DNA of 64,000 nucleotides from Diadema antillarum (taxonomy: Eukaryota). The DNA lies in NCBI RefSeq assembly GCF_040938485.1, contig NW_027271384.1:3534001-3598000 (forward strand), in the 5' to 3' direction. Shown here in pieces: positions 39,201 through 50,200 of the stretch. The notes under the pieces are model-generated. The model was given only the letters and a program-made list of their open reading frames with translations. It did not search any database and was not told the origin of the DNA. Numbering within the stretch: position 1 is the first letter of the stretch; each line of letters opens with the position of its first letter. The position numbers were made by a program, and so were the translations under genes.

Positions 39201-39959
39201 CATATACGCGATAGAGTTCACTTAATCTTAATTTTAGACCAATTCAACTGCCCAAGGGCATTACAATGTATTCACAACAGTCTCGCGTTTTGCGTAATTG
39301 AAATTAATAGAAGCCTTAATAAAAGTGTATACACATGAATATACGTATATAGAGTAATATAAAAGATGCATGCATAATGCATTGGGAAAATGAATGCATT
39401 TCTGTCGCGAGCGTCGTTCAAGGTCCGTACACGACGGTACTTAAACAAATTACTTTCCGCTTCGTGTGGAAGATCAACGGTGGGGGAGGGGTGTAGGGTT
39501 AGTCAGCAAGAGTTCCACAGGTATATGTAATGTGGAACGTAACAAATCATACACGCTTAGTTGTGTGTGTGCGTACACACATCCAATTTCTTAAACTCGC
39601 GAACACATCATGCGAACACGCAACCAATTCTTTTAACTCACGAACACATGATGCACATTTCTATTCCGATGCAATGAGAAGAAACAAAAGGAGACATTGA
39701 AGGGCACATAAAGGGGAAAGGGAATCCACTCCTCACGCATTTCACAGGTTAATATCACACTGTCACGTATTTTGCAGCACAGTACTTGATGCAACACCAG
39801 TGAACGTTTGAATGTGCAAAGTTGCAAGCATAATCTAAAACTGAATAGAGGCTATATAATTTTAGTAATCCACAATTATACATTTAATGCCATCAGTGGC
39901 AATTACATTTTTAAGATACGCATCATGCATGTCTAACAGAATGCACCAAAGGAAGGTTG

Positions 39960-40023
39960 AGAGATAGAAAATAGAGATAGATAGATGGATATAACATAGA
40001 GGTAAATAGAAAGATAGATAGAC

Positions 40024-40059
<36 letters not shown>

Positions 40060-40760
40060 GGATAGATGGATAGACAGCGATAGATGGATAAATGATTCAA
40101 GATTCAAGATTCAAGATTCAACTTTATTTATGAATTTTTATTTATTTACGATATTCATATTAAAGATTCAACTTTATTAAATGGATCGACATAAAAGGTG
40201 GATAGATGGATAGACGGGGAAAGATGGATAGATGGATAGATTGAGATAGATGGATAGATGGATAGACAGAAAAGTTGGATAGATGGATACACGGGGAAAG
40301 ATGGATAGATGGATAGATTGAGATAGATGGATAAATGGATAGACAGCAATAGATGGATAAGAAAGATAGACAGAAAAGGTGGAGAGATGGATAGATGGGA
40401 AAGATGGATAGATGGATAGACAGAGATGGATAGATGGATTTATAGATAAAAAGAAATAGGTATATACACAGAGATAGAGAGGGATAGATGTATAGACAGA
40501 AAAAGATCACTTTTAGATGGATAAACAGAAAATAGGAAGATAGACAGATTGATAGATGGATAGACAGAGAGATAGAAAGATAGATTGATAAATAGATAAA
40601 CAGAAAATGATAGATAGATAGGCAAATGAATAGATATATAAACAGAAATAGATAGATAGATAAACAGAGAAAGAAAGATAGATATAATAGACAGATTAAC
40701 AGATAGATAGATAGACAGACAGACAGAGATAGAGCGAGAGAGAGAGAGAGAGAGAGAGAG
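39960..40760. repeat. About 800-bp degenerate (GATA/GATG/GACA)n compound microsatellite ending in (GA)n
   Basis: Direct reading; internal block duplications near 40200 and 40280. Confidence 0.92.
40094..40128 (-). mobile_element. LINE/SINE-type 3' tail remnant: AATAAAG(TTGAATC)4
   Basis: Four GATTCAA units followed by CTTTATT on the plus strand; second partial copy near 40163-40178. Confidence 0.5.
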
Positions 40761-41052
40761 GGCGGGCATTAGGTAGTTTCGATCTCCAATCTTTGTCTTT
40801 CGGAAGAGACATGCACACTACAATAAATGAAAAAAAAAAGGCAATCGCTCAAAACTCAGTTGCAATCACATGATATCATTATGCACGCCAGGAGAGCAAA
40901 TAAGTTCCACTTAATGTCAACACTCAACAGAGACCAAGAATCAAAAGGAGGATAAACACATGGTCATTTCCAAATTCAAAGGTAAAAGCCACCAACTGGA
41001 TAAGTGAGAGAACACGCATGAATAGACACTGAATGCCTCGCTCCTTACTCAC

Positions 41053-41106
41053 GTCTGCCGTTGGTGGCTTTGTATTTCCCACAATTCACACTGCTCTCCT
41101 CCGTAT
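41053..41106 (-). CDS. Candidate 54-nt phase 1-1 micro-exon (DTEESSVNCGKYKATNGR)
   Basis: Strong donor GTGAGT; weak acceptor; 72-nt intron to the upstream exon. Confidence 0.4.
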
Positions 41107-41178
41107 CTGTCATCTTCCATGCAGAAGGTATGAAATAAGTACGGCAGCGTGATAAAAAGTTCTGGAGCTAAAACTTAC

Positions 41179-41250
41179 CGATAGGGGGCGTTGTTGTCTG
41201 CGCTTGCGTCGTCTCAAACATGGTTGTATCGGCAGTGGTGACGACATCAT
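41179..41250 (-). CDS. Thr-rich micro-exon (72 nt)
   Basis: DDVVTTADTTMFETTQAQTTTPPI; ttgttttcAG / GTAAGT; phase 1-1. Confidence 0.82.
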
Positions 41251-41699
41251 CTGAAAACAAAATGGAAACCATGCGATTTGTGAAATGCGCTGAGCAATTG
41301 TGTGTGTTTTTGTAAATGATTGTAAAGGTTCTGATGACCTTTATTGCTACAGTTTTGGTGATAGTTCATACTTCATGATATTTCCTTATATCCATTAAAT
41401 CTCACGCCCAATGAAGACATGATAAAGACAAGTACACGAATTATGTATAATCTTGTACCGGTCAGAAGTGCCGCTGTCTGTACTTGTCAAAAAAGTTATT
41501 GTGCTATCAGCTGGGACATGTTTATCTGGATTTAAAAAGGTGATAATTTGGTATGATTGGTTGTCGTGACTGGTTCATGGCCTCATTATATATCATACGT
41601 TAAGATTCATCAGGTCATATCATTCTTTAGTGTCGGCTTTCCCGTTAAAAATAGACGAAACAGAATAGACGAAATGAGTGTGATTAACTTAATACTTAC

Positions 41700-41756
41700 C
41701 GGTAGCGGGCGCTGTCGTCATGAATGTTGTTATGTCGTCAATGGTGGTAAGTTCAT
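41700..41756 (-). CDS. Thr-rich micro-exon (57 nt)
   Basis: DELTTIDDITTFMTTAPAT; cttttccAG / GTAAGT; phase 1-1. Confidence 0.82.
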
Positions 41757-41975
41757 CTGGAAAAGATGATGAATAATGTATGGTTATCATTGATGACTTG
41801 ATATGATATTATGACATACGTTAAGATCTCTACAGTACACATCGTATCTTGTCTTTATTCTGTTAGCACCCGTATTGGGCAAAAAAAAAAAAAAAAATAT
41901 CCCCCCTTTTTACCTGAACACACACGCAGAGCTACATTAATGAAAATGGAGTGGTTAAGTCATACACCAACTTAC

Positions 41976-42047
41976 CAGTAGAGATCGTTGTTGTCTGTCC
42001 TGTTGTCGATACAGACGTATTCAAAGCATCAGTGGTGTCGAGTTCGT
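41976..42047 (-). CDS. Thr-rich micro-exon (72 nt)
   Basis: DELDTTDALNTSVSTTGQTTTIST; tcttgcAG / GTAAGT; phase 1-1. Confidence 0.85.
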
Positions 42048-42261
42048 CTGCAAGACATGATGAATAATGTAGGGTTATGGCTAATTGTCAAACGTTTGCC
42101 TTTAAACTCAACAGCACATTATTGTTTCCATTCTGTTAGCAACCGTGTTGGAAAGAAAAAAAAACCCTTCACACACACACACAAACACACAAACACGCAC
42201 ACGCACAAAAGAAAACACAAGCCCCAAATAAAGAGTGTGATACCGTTATACACCAACTTAC

Positions 42262-42327
42262 CAGTAGAAAATGTTGTTTGTCCTGTTGTTACAGACGTAT
42301 TCAAACCATCAGTGGTGCCAAGTTCAT
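42262..42327 (-). CDS. Thr-rich micro-exon (66 nt)
   Basis: DELGTTDGLNTSVTTGQTTFST; ttttgcAG / GTAAGT; phase 1-1. Confidence 0.85.
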
Positions 42328-42506
42328 CTGCAAAAGATGGTGAATACATGGTTATGACTAATTGTCAAACATCTGTTTTTGTATATGATGATATAGGTTA
42401 AGTTTTAAAATAGATATAGTGTCCGTGGCACCCATGTTGGCCGAAGAATATCTAACTCCCCATCCCCCACAAGTGAAGAGTGTGACGAAGTTATACACCA
42501 ACTTAC

Positions 42507-42575
42507 CAGTAGAGAACGTTGTTGTCTGCCCTGCTGTAGGTATAGATGTACTCATGTCTTCAGTAGTGAATATAT
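42507..42575 (-). CDS. Thr-rich micro-exon (69 nt)
   Basis: DIFTTEDMSTSIPTAGQTTTFST; ttttgcAG / GTAAGT; phase 1-1. Confidence 0.85.
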
Positions 42576-43778
42576 CTGCAAAATAATTGGATATCGAATG
42601 ATTTCGTCACAAGCATAACGCAAGACGATTGTTGCTTGTCATTTGTTTGACTTAAGATGTACATTTGTTTAAACGATTTTAAAGAAATGGTCTAAATATC
42701 ATGCCATGATTTTCACTCAGCTATTAAATGCACTGTTTTTTTTTGTTTTTTTTTAGTAGAAAATCTTTTCTATCGAACTTTCGCGTAATAAAAATTTTCA
42801 TGAGCGTTTGTTATCGATTTCTTTTTTTTCTTATTTTTTTTTTGTCATCGCTGCCAAAGCAAAATGCACGAAATTCGATATTTCATTTCAAAGGTGAGCG
42901 ATATTGCAAGCTAGCTTCAATAAAAACAAAAAAAGTTTCAGATGTCACAAGGTACGTTTTTCACATTATCATTATTGCCATTATGTGAACAAAACATGGA
43001 ACGCCGATATGTGGAAATGCCATGTGGATATGCCAAAATGAAATATACGGAATGAAATGGCATCAAATCTGGGAAAATGTCTCTTTCTGCTCGAGATCGT
43101 GATACTAATAATGACATGCAAACACAGTGCAGATGGAGAAAATGAATGGACTAGTCTCGGAGAAAAAGAAAGTAAGTGTCACGGGGAGACATAACATCAA
43201 AATCACAGCAATACAGATCGCAAATGATGTGATGCGTATGGCACAATCAAAACATTCACAAATATAATGACTACAAGACTACGAGAATCGAACACTCCAC
43301 TATCTACATGAATCGTATATATCTACACAAGGTCATAATGCTCACTGATGAATGTACTTGGAATGTTAATTTTTTTACCTGCATGTAAAATTTAGATAAA
43401 CCATATGCCACGTTTTCGACACAGTACTTCAATATGTGTGGGATGTATGTGGGTGATAAGAATGTATGGTTACATGGGGACAGATGTGGCATGCAAGAAA
43501 TGTTTTCAAAGTACATGTATCACATTTCTCTTGAGGATACCATTGCTGTTTCGGAAACACGGCTGAAATCTGAGACTACTGGAAAGAAACATGTACATGT
43601 ACTGTAATTCCATAGAACCGGGGGAAACAACAGCACAACCATTACATTATTAATTTGATTTGGTTTTTAACATAATCATAATGTAGCTTGGCATTATCAA
43701 TAAATACACTAACCCTTGCGGATTTGTTTCTGAATTCTAGCACCAAATTGCAGGTTATCGAATTATTCTTCTAACTCA

Positions 43779-44004
43779 CAGGCCCCTAACTATAACTTAC
43801 AGGATTTTTTTTTTCGTTTCTCGTAACACTTCCGGGTTTCACCGGCTGATTAAAAAAATAGGCTTCAAGCCCCCTTTCATTTTTTTTTTAATAGGGGGGG
43901 GGGGGGGACTCATTTTTTCTTTTTATTTCTTTTAATCATTTTTGCCTGCTTGCAAACAGGGTGGGTTCCGCGGAACCCCTTGGACCCCCCAAGTTACGGG
44001 CCTG
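43779..44004. mobile_element. MITE with CAGGCCC(C/G)TAAC TIRs and 6-bp AACTCA target duplication
   Basis: AACTCA at 43773-43778 and 44005-44010; 12-bp TIR with one mismatch; 226 bp. Confidence 0.7.
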
Positions 44005-44990
44005 AACTCAGTACTTATTTTGGATGTATTAATCTTCACACGTGTACATCATTTAATTTTGATTATAGATACGCGGCAATGCACACGTAGGTTCTATGAA
44101 CCGCAAACCTAACATTTCTTTGCTATCAATGTAATAACTTTCACACTGGGCATTGAACTTTAAAGAGTGACTTCTTTCTTTGACCAATCGCAGCAGATCG
44201 GGTATATTCTATTCACTTCGCAGAGCCAACATGAAATTTCACTGCAAAAAATGGTCTTAATCTGCACACAACTGACAAATGAGTTGACGTATAACACAGA
44301 CCAATAATACTAGTAATAACGTATATATGTACAAAGATTTACCATGTTCATCAACTGCGGTGACATGTAGTCCTACCACGCATAAAATTGTACAAACACA
44401 CACACATAATGAGATTTGTTTAATTTATGTTAAATCTCTGTAGCAAGAACTCAGCAACTAGCAGGTGTATTACGGAGTACAGATGTGTTGGATCTCAAAC
44501 ATTTCGCACAGCTTCGTACAAAGAATCGAAGTTACTTTCTTTACAGCAGGAAAAAAAAACTTGCAATAACACAAGATTAAACGTATTTTCACATAGGTGA
44601 CAGACTGTAAATCACTTATTCTATCGTCACGTTGCTGCGCATTTCAAGTATAAGTAAAAGTTCAATTACAGCAGCAACTGCTCAAAAATAAACACCGCGA
44701 AACCTACGAAAATCTATTATCCAAATACTAGAAATAATAATTCTCTTTATTTTTCTGAGTCACCAGATATCAGAAATCACCAACCATAACAGACTCACTT
44801 GAATATCGATGTGATCACGGTGATTTTCGTGAAATTTTGATCAGCGATCAGTGTATAATGCTAATATAATTGTTTAGTTTGGCAACAATGATAATTGGTA
44901 ACGATAATAACATTATGAGGAATCGCAGTCATTCATTTGTACGGGGGGTCTGTAGTGTTACATCAATATCTACCGAATGCCCCCCCCCCC

Positions 44991-45021
<31 letters not shown>

Positions 45022-45553
45022 CGTAACGGGACCCTCCACAACAATAACTTTAAAAATAGTGAATCAATCCACATACAATTTCAGGGTATGAAACTGTATT
45101 GTATTACTCACATCTACAGAAAATCCTATCCGATTTGCTTCAGTAGTCAAAGAGAACTTAAAAGTTTTGTAGAGCATGTCAGGAATCCCTTCCCTCCAAG
45201 TTCTGTCCATTGTGTTCACACATTATGCAGTTCCAAGAGCATCCAAGTGCTAAACTTAGGAGAATCAGACCCATGACATGCTTTACAGCGATCCACGTTT
45301 CTCTGTGACCACTTAACCAAACTGAATGGGGTTTACTGCATAATATAGCTAAGATGTTATATTTTAAGACTCTGAAATGGCATTCAGACAGTTCAATCAT
45401 ATTGCGAGTTATCAATGCAAAAATCCGATTGTATTTTTTTTTGACATACTGTACTCTGGGAAACCGGAAACAGTCTTTACATACATGTAGCTGTTTTCAT
45501 CGAAAATACGTTATCTACCATCAACATTATCGGTTTGATAGGCCGAAACTCAC

Positions 45554-46009
45554 CGGTGATTTCTTTCGTCACCGTCACAGTATCCATCGTCACATCCCCG
45601 GTGACTGTACTCGTGAAGGAAGTAGTTGCATTGACAGACCCTGATGGTGAAGTCTTTATACCTTGCGATGCTGTCCCAGCATCATCACTCGTGGTGGTAG
45701 AAACCTGTGAAGTCATCTCTTTGGTTTCAAAGAAACTCGAGATTGTAACGTAATCTTCTGTTGTAATACTAGACTTTTCTGTTGTTATTATTGTTGTTGT
45801 TGTGTCGACAAAAGTTATATCAGAGGTTGTTTCACCGGGACCAGTGGATACTGTGGTATCTTCGCGCGTGGTTGCCATGGTTTCCGAGGCGTCTTCAAAT
45901 GGGGTGACGGTGACTGTCTCCGTCACCGTGGACCCGGTCTCCGATGTAGATACGTCGACGGGCGAGGAGGTAGTGTCGGTCGTCCCTTCGATCGTCACGA
46001 TTTCATTAT
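45554..46009 (-). CDS. Thr/Ser-rich mucin exon (456 nt)
   Basis: DNEIVTIEGTTDTTSSPVDVSTSETG...TVTKEIT; AG / GTGAGT; phase 1-1. Confidence 0.9.
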
Positions 46010-47281
46010 CTGGTTTCATTTTGAATTTTCATATGTGATAACAAGTCAAATGGTTAAAAGATGCAAAGATGCGAGTGTGGTGCATGCATAAGAAATGTAA
46101 TGGTAGATATTAGAAATGCAATTGGACAAAAGTCACACTCGTCACGGCAAGATAATATAAAACTTCGACATGCAGTGCGGTACGAGTGATAGGCTGAATG
46201 GATGATCATCATGCAAAACATGCAACATGGGTGAAAAAAATAGTAACAATTTCAATGCCCGAAAATGCAGCAATTAGTGAATCCGTTGATCTGACAGCAC
46301 GGTACACGTACAATTTTTGCAGGCAGTGCAGTTACGTGATCATTGCTACATGGTGGCATTTGTGTTGCATTTAACCCGCTTGGGAATAACGGTCCGAAAA
46401 TGCCATTTTTAAAATTCTATTAACGAAAGTCAATGCTGTAGGACAAGGTTGAACAAAACTAGAGGAAACGGAGATTTTAATGAAATGTCTTTTTTTTGCA
46501 AATATGTGAATAGACAAAGCAGACACGCACCTAACAGTACCTAATGGTCAAACTTGAAAGAAAAGGAAAGCTTATTTACATTGTAACTTTGCAAGTATCA
46601 TCACATTGTAAACAACCGTTTGGGGAGATGTGAATCGTTTTGAAACGAAACAAAGACAAAGTATCAAAATGGGCTTACATAAAGAACGACCAAAATACAG
46701 TATTAATATATTTGCTCGAGGCACTAAAGATTCCTGCTATGCGTGGCTTCTCAATTTATTAGCAAAGTCTAATACAAAATGAACAGGGGCCGTGGAATGT
46801 TTTTCAGTGCGTGGGGGGGGGGGGTGTCAAGTGTAAATGGTAACCCCCATCCCCCCATCCCCTCCCCTTATCAGATCAAACTAATATGATGCAACATCAG
46901 ACAAGCAATATCAAGGACAAAGGAACAAAACACACAAAATTACATGAAACTCAATGACGTTATACAGTCACATTCACATATCAAAACACATATACGAATT
47001 AACTGTCTATACGATCGAAACAACATAATATATTATGTGATATTAGAATATTCGCAAGTCACAGTAATTGATATTGATTATGACACAGATGGTGAGTTGC
47101 ATGTGCGGGTTAAGTACGTAAATACAAAGATATAACTGCGGTATGAGTATGGAGAGTATATGGTAAGGTAAGTCCAAAGAGTCAGTGCGGTTGAAAACTA
47201 TAAGGGTATTACAGCGAGTCACACATCGAGGTTAATGATCAAGTCTCGGTGTTATACAGGGGAGACACACAATCGATTTAC

Positions 47282-50200
47282 CTTGAGTGGTAGACTTGTC
47301 AGGAGAACTCTGGGGCATCGTAGTGAACTGGGGAGAAGTTGTTCTACCCTTTGTCGTCCTTCTTTCTGTGGACAAGCCCAAGTTGGGCGTGGTAAGGTCA
47401 GTCGTGGTCACTATGGCAACATTATCAGTTGTGGTTGCCGGAGCTGATCTGAGAGTGCTTGCCCTCAGATCCTCAGTAGACAAGGGTCCAACACTCGGGG
47501 CTAGCGTTGAGGAGCTCCCTACTTTACTTGTAATATCTGTAGTGAATTCTATAGAGACCGAAGTCGTTGAAAGAAGTGATGATGTTGTTAGATCTGAGAA
47601 GGAGGTTGTTGCCTGCATCTCCTCTGTTGAGACCGGCAGGATTGCCGTTGTTCTGACAGAGGGCGATGTCATCATATCAGCGGTAGACGCATCTTTCAGC
47701 AAGGGAGTACTTAGCTCTACGCTAGTTGTGATTTCTGGCGTAAGCAGTTTACTGGTCATATCAGGTGTGGATCTCTGTTTCACATCTGTCGTTGCTAAAA
47801 CGTCGGTGCTGGTATCGGTACTTATTCTATCTGTCAGCACAGCAGACGTCGACACTCCCGTCTTATCAGGTGTGGATCTCTGTATTACATCTGTCGTTGC
47901 TAAAACATCGGTGCTGGTATCGGTACTTATTCTATCTGTCAGCATAGCAGACGTTGACACTCCCGTCTTATCAGATGTGGATCTTTGTATCACATCTGTC
48001 GTTGCTAACACATCGGTGCTGGTATCTGTACTTATGCTATCTGTCAGCACAGCAGACGTCGGCACTCCCGTCTCATCAGGTGTGGAACTCTGTATCACAT
48101 CTGTCGTTGCTAAAACGTCGGTGCTGGTATCGGTACTTATTCTATCTGTCAGCATAGCAGACGTTGACACTCCCGTCTTATCAGGTGTGGATCTCTGTAT
48201 TACATCTGTCGTTGCTAAAACGTCGGTGCTGGTATCGGTACTTATTCTATCTGTCAGCATAGCAGACGTTGACACTCCCGTCTTATCAGGTGTGGATCTC
48301 TGTATTACATCTGTCGTTGCTAAAACGTCGGTGCTGGTATCGGTACTTATTCTATCTGTCAGCATAGCAGACGTTGACACTCCCTTCTTATCAGGTGTGG
48401 ATCTCTGTATTACATTTGTCGTTGCTAAAACGTCGGTGCTGGTATCGGTACTTATTCTATCTGTCAGCATAGCAGACGTTGACACTCCCGTCTTATCAGG
48501 TGTGGATCTCTGTATCACATCTGTCGTTGCTAAAACGTCGGTGCTGATATCGGTACTTATTCTATCTGTCAGCAGAACAGACGTTGACACTCCCGTCTTA
48601 TCAGGTGTGGAACTCCGTATCACATCTGTTGTTGCTAAAACGTCGGTGCTGATATCAGTACTTATTCTATCCGTCAGCACAGCAGACGTTGACACTCCCG
48701 TCTTATCAGGTGTGGATCTCTGTATTACATCTGTCGTTGCTAAAACGTCGGTGCTGATATCGGTACTTATTCTATCCGTCAGCATAGCGGACGTTGACAC
48801 TCCTGCGGGGTCTGATGACGTCATAATGCTTGACAGGCGCATAGTGGAACTGTCCACGGTGGACAGATCTGACACTATATCTGACAACATCACGGTGGAT
48901 GCCTGCTGGCTGTCAGTTGTCAATGACGTTGTTGACACCAAGGGCATTGTAGAAATATCTGTAGTCAAAATACCCGTCGTCGGCTGTGGTTTCATGCTTT
49001 CGGTCGGCAAATCTGACGTCGAACTTGTTATTGCTGACGTTAGGGTCTCTGATGTTGCGATGGTCAGCGCATCCTCTGTCGACAGGTCTGTTGTTAAATC
49101 ATTAGCATACACATCTGTTGTTAGAGGAGGTGTTAGTGCATTTGTTTTAAAACTCGTCGTTAAAGAATTTGCTGGAAAACTGCTGGTAGGAGCATCTGAA
49201 CTTATATCAAGAGAAGATATGTGTGTTATTTCAATTGTATTTGTTAAGAAAGTAGGCAAGTTATCAGTTGACACTGGGCTTTGAGAGTAGATTCCATCAG
49301 TACGTTTATCTGAAACACGAGCGGATGCACGGTCAGTAGTGAAATCTGTAAAGTAACTGGTAGTTAACTGTTCAGTAGACTGAAGTGGTGGTGTAGTCTT
49401 TGTATTCGTCTCTGTAGTGTAAACAGCGGAACTTATGACGTGAGATGTTTTATCAGTTAAAGTTTCTGTAGGTGCATATGAACCTTCTGTCACACCTGTA
49501 GAGCTGTCTTCGGTAAAAAAATGTGTGGTAAAGCTTAGGCCTACAGATGCATTTTCTGTTTTGAAACTAGGAGTAGATGTATCTGTACTAACATCCACAG
49601 TACTCCTTTCGGTACTAAAAGGGTAAGTGGGTGATTCTGTGTTAATCTCATCAGAAGTAAGATATTCGGGGAATTCGGTCATTGTAGCGGTTGTTACGGT
49701 AGACGTGTCTGCAGCTACTACAGTGGAAGACATCTGCGTACTAACATCGTCAGCAGAGGTCTGTGTGGATAAAGTCCCACTTGTAATTTCTGGAGTAGGA
49801 TATGCAACAGACGAATGTGTGGGTATCTCTGTACTTAACTCCTCAGTGGACATTCTTACGGACACATCTACAGTATTCGTGCTACTAGACACCATTGTAC
49901 TAATGCTATCTGTTGTTAATTGTGTTGTGGACACAGCTGTTTCTAAATCCGTTACAGACTTTTGCGTTTGTGAACTAAAATCCTCTACAGTAGTTTCAAT
50001 AACTGTTCTGTCAGTAGACATATCTGTGGTAAGATCAGCAGTAGTCGACTCTGTAGATCGACTTTCAGTGGGTGCATCTGTACTTAATCCCTTGAATGAT
50101 GCCTCAGTGGACATATCTGTTGTAGACAGAAGATCACTAATGGCATCGCTAGTTTGCAAAGTAGTTAATTGATTAGTTGATATAGGTGATCTGAATTCTA

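Noticed and set aside
29000-39900. Several GC-richer patches (about 33.0, 33.9, 36.1, 36.8 and 37.6 kb) that look like enhancers or exons
   Set aside because: No ORF, hairpin or splice pairing that I can support, and no other remembered echinoderm miRNA found. A cross-species alignment is needed to call them conserved elements.
39862-40769. Ile/Tyr/Leu/Ser-rich ORFs
   Set aside because: Translations of the GATA microsatellite
41053-41161. Alternative frame reading FCMEDDRYGGEQCELWEIQ, resembling an EGF end
   Set aside because: It needs an acceptor only 17 nt from the upstream donor with no pyrimidine tract, exits in phase 2 or stops immediately, and has no preceding EGF cysteines. Probably coincidence.
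46786-46870. CAGGGGCCGTGG...G-run, resembling a MITE end
   Set aside because: No matching opposite terminus or target duplication; at most a truncated remnant
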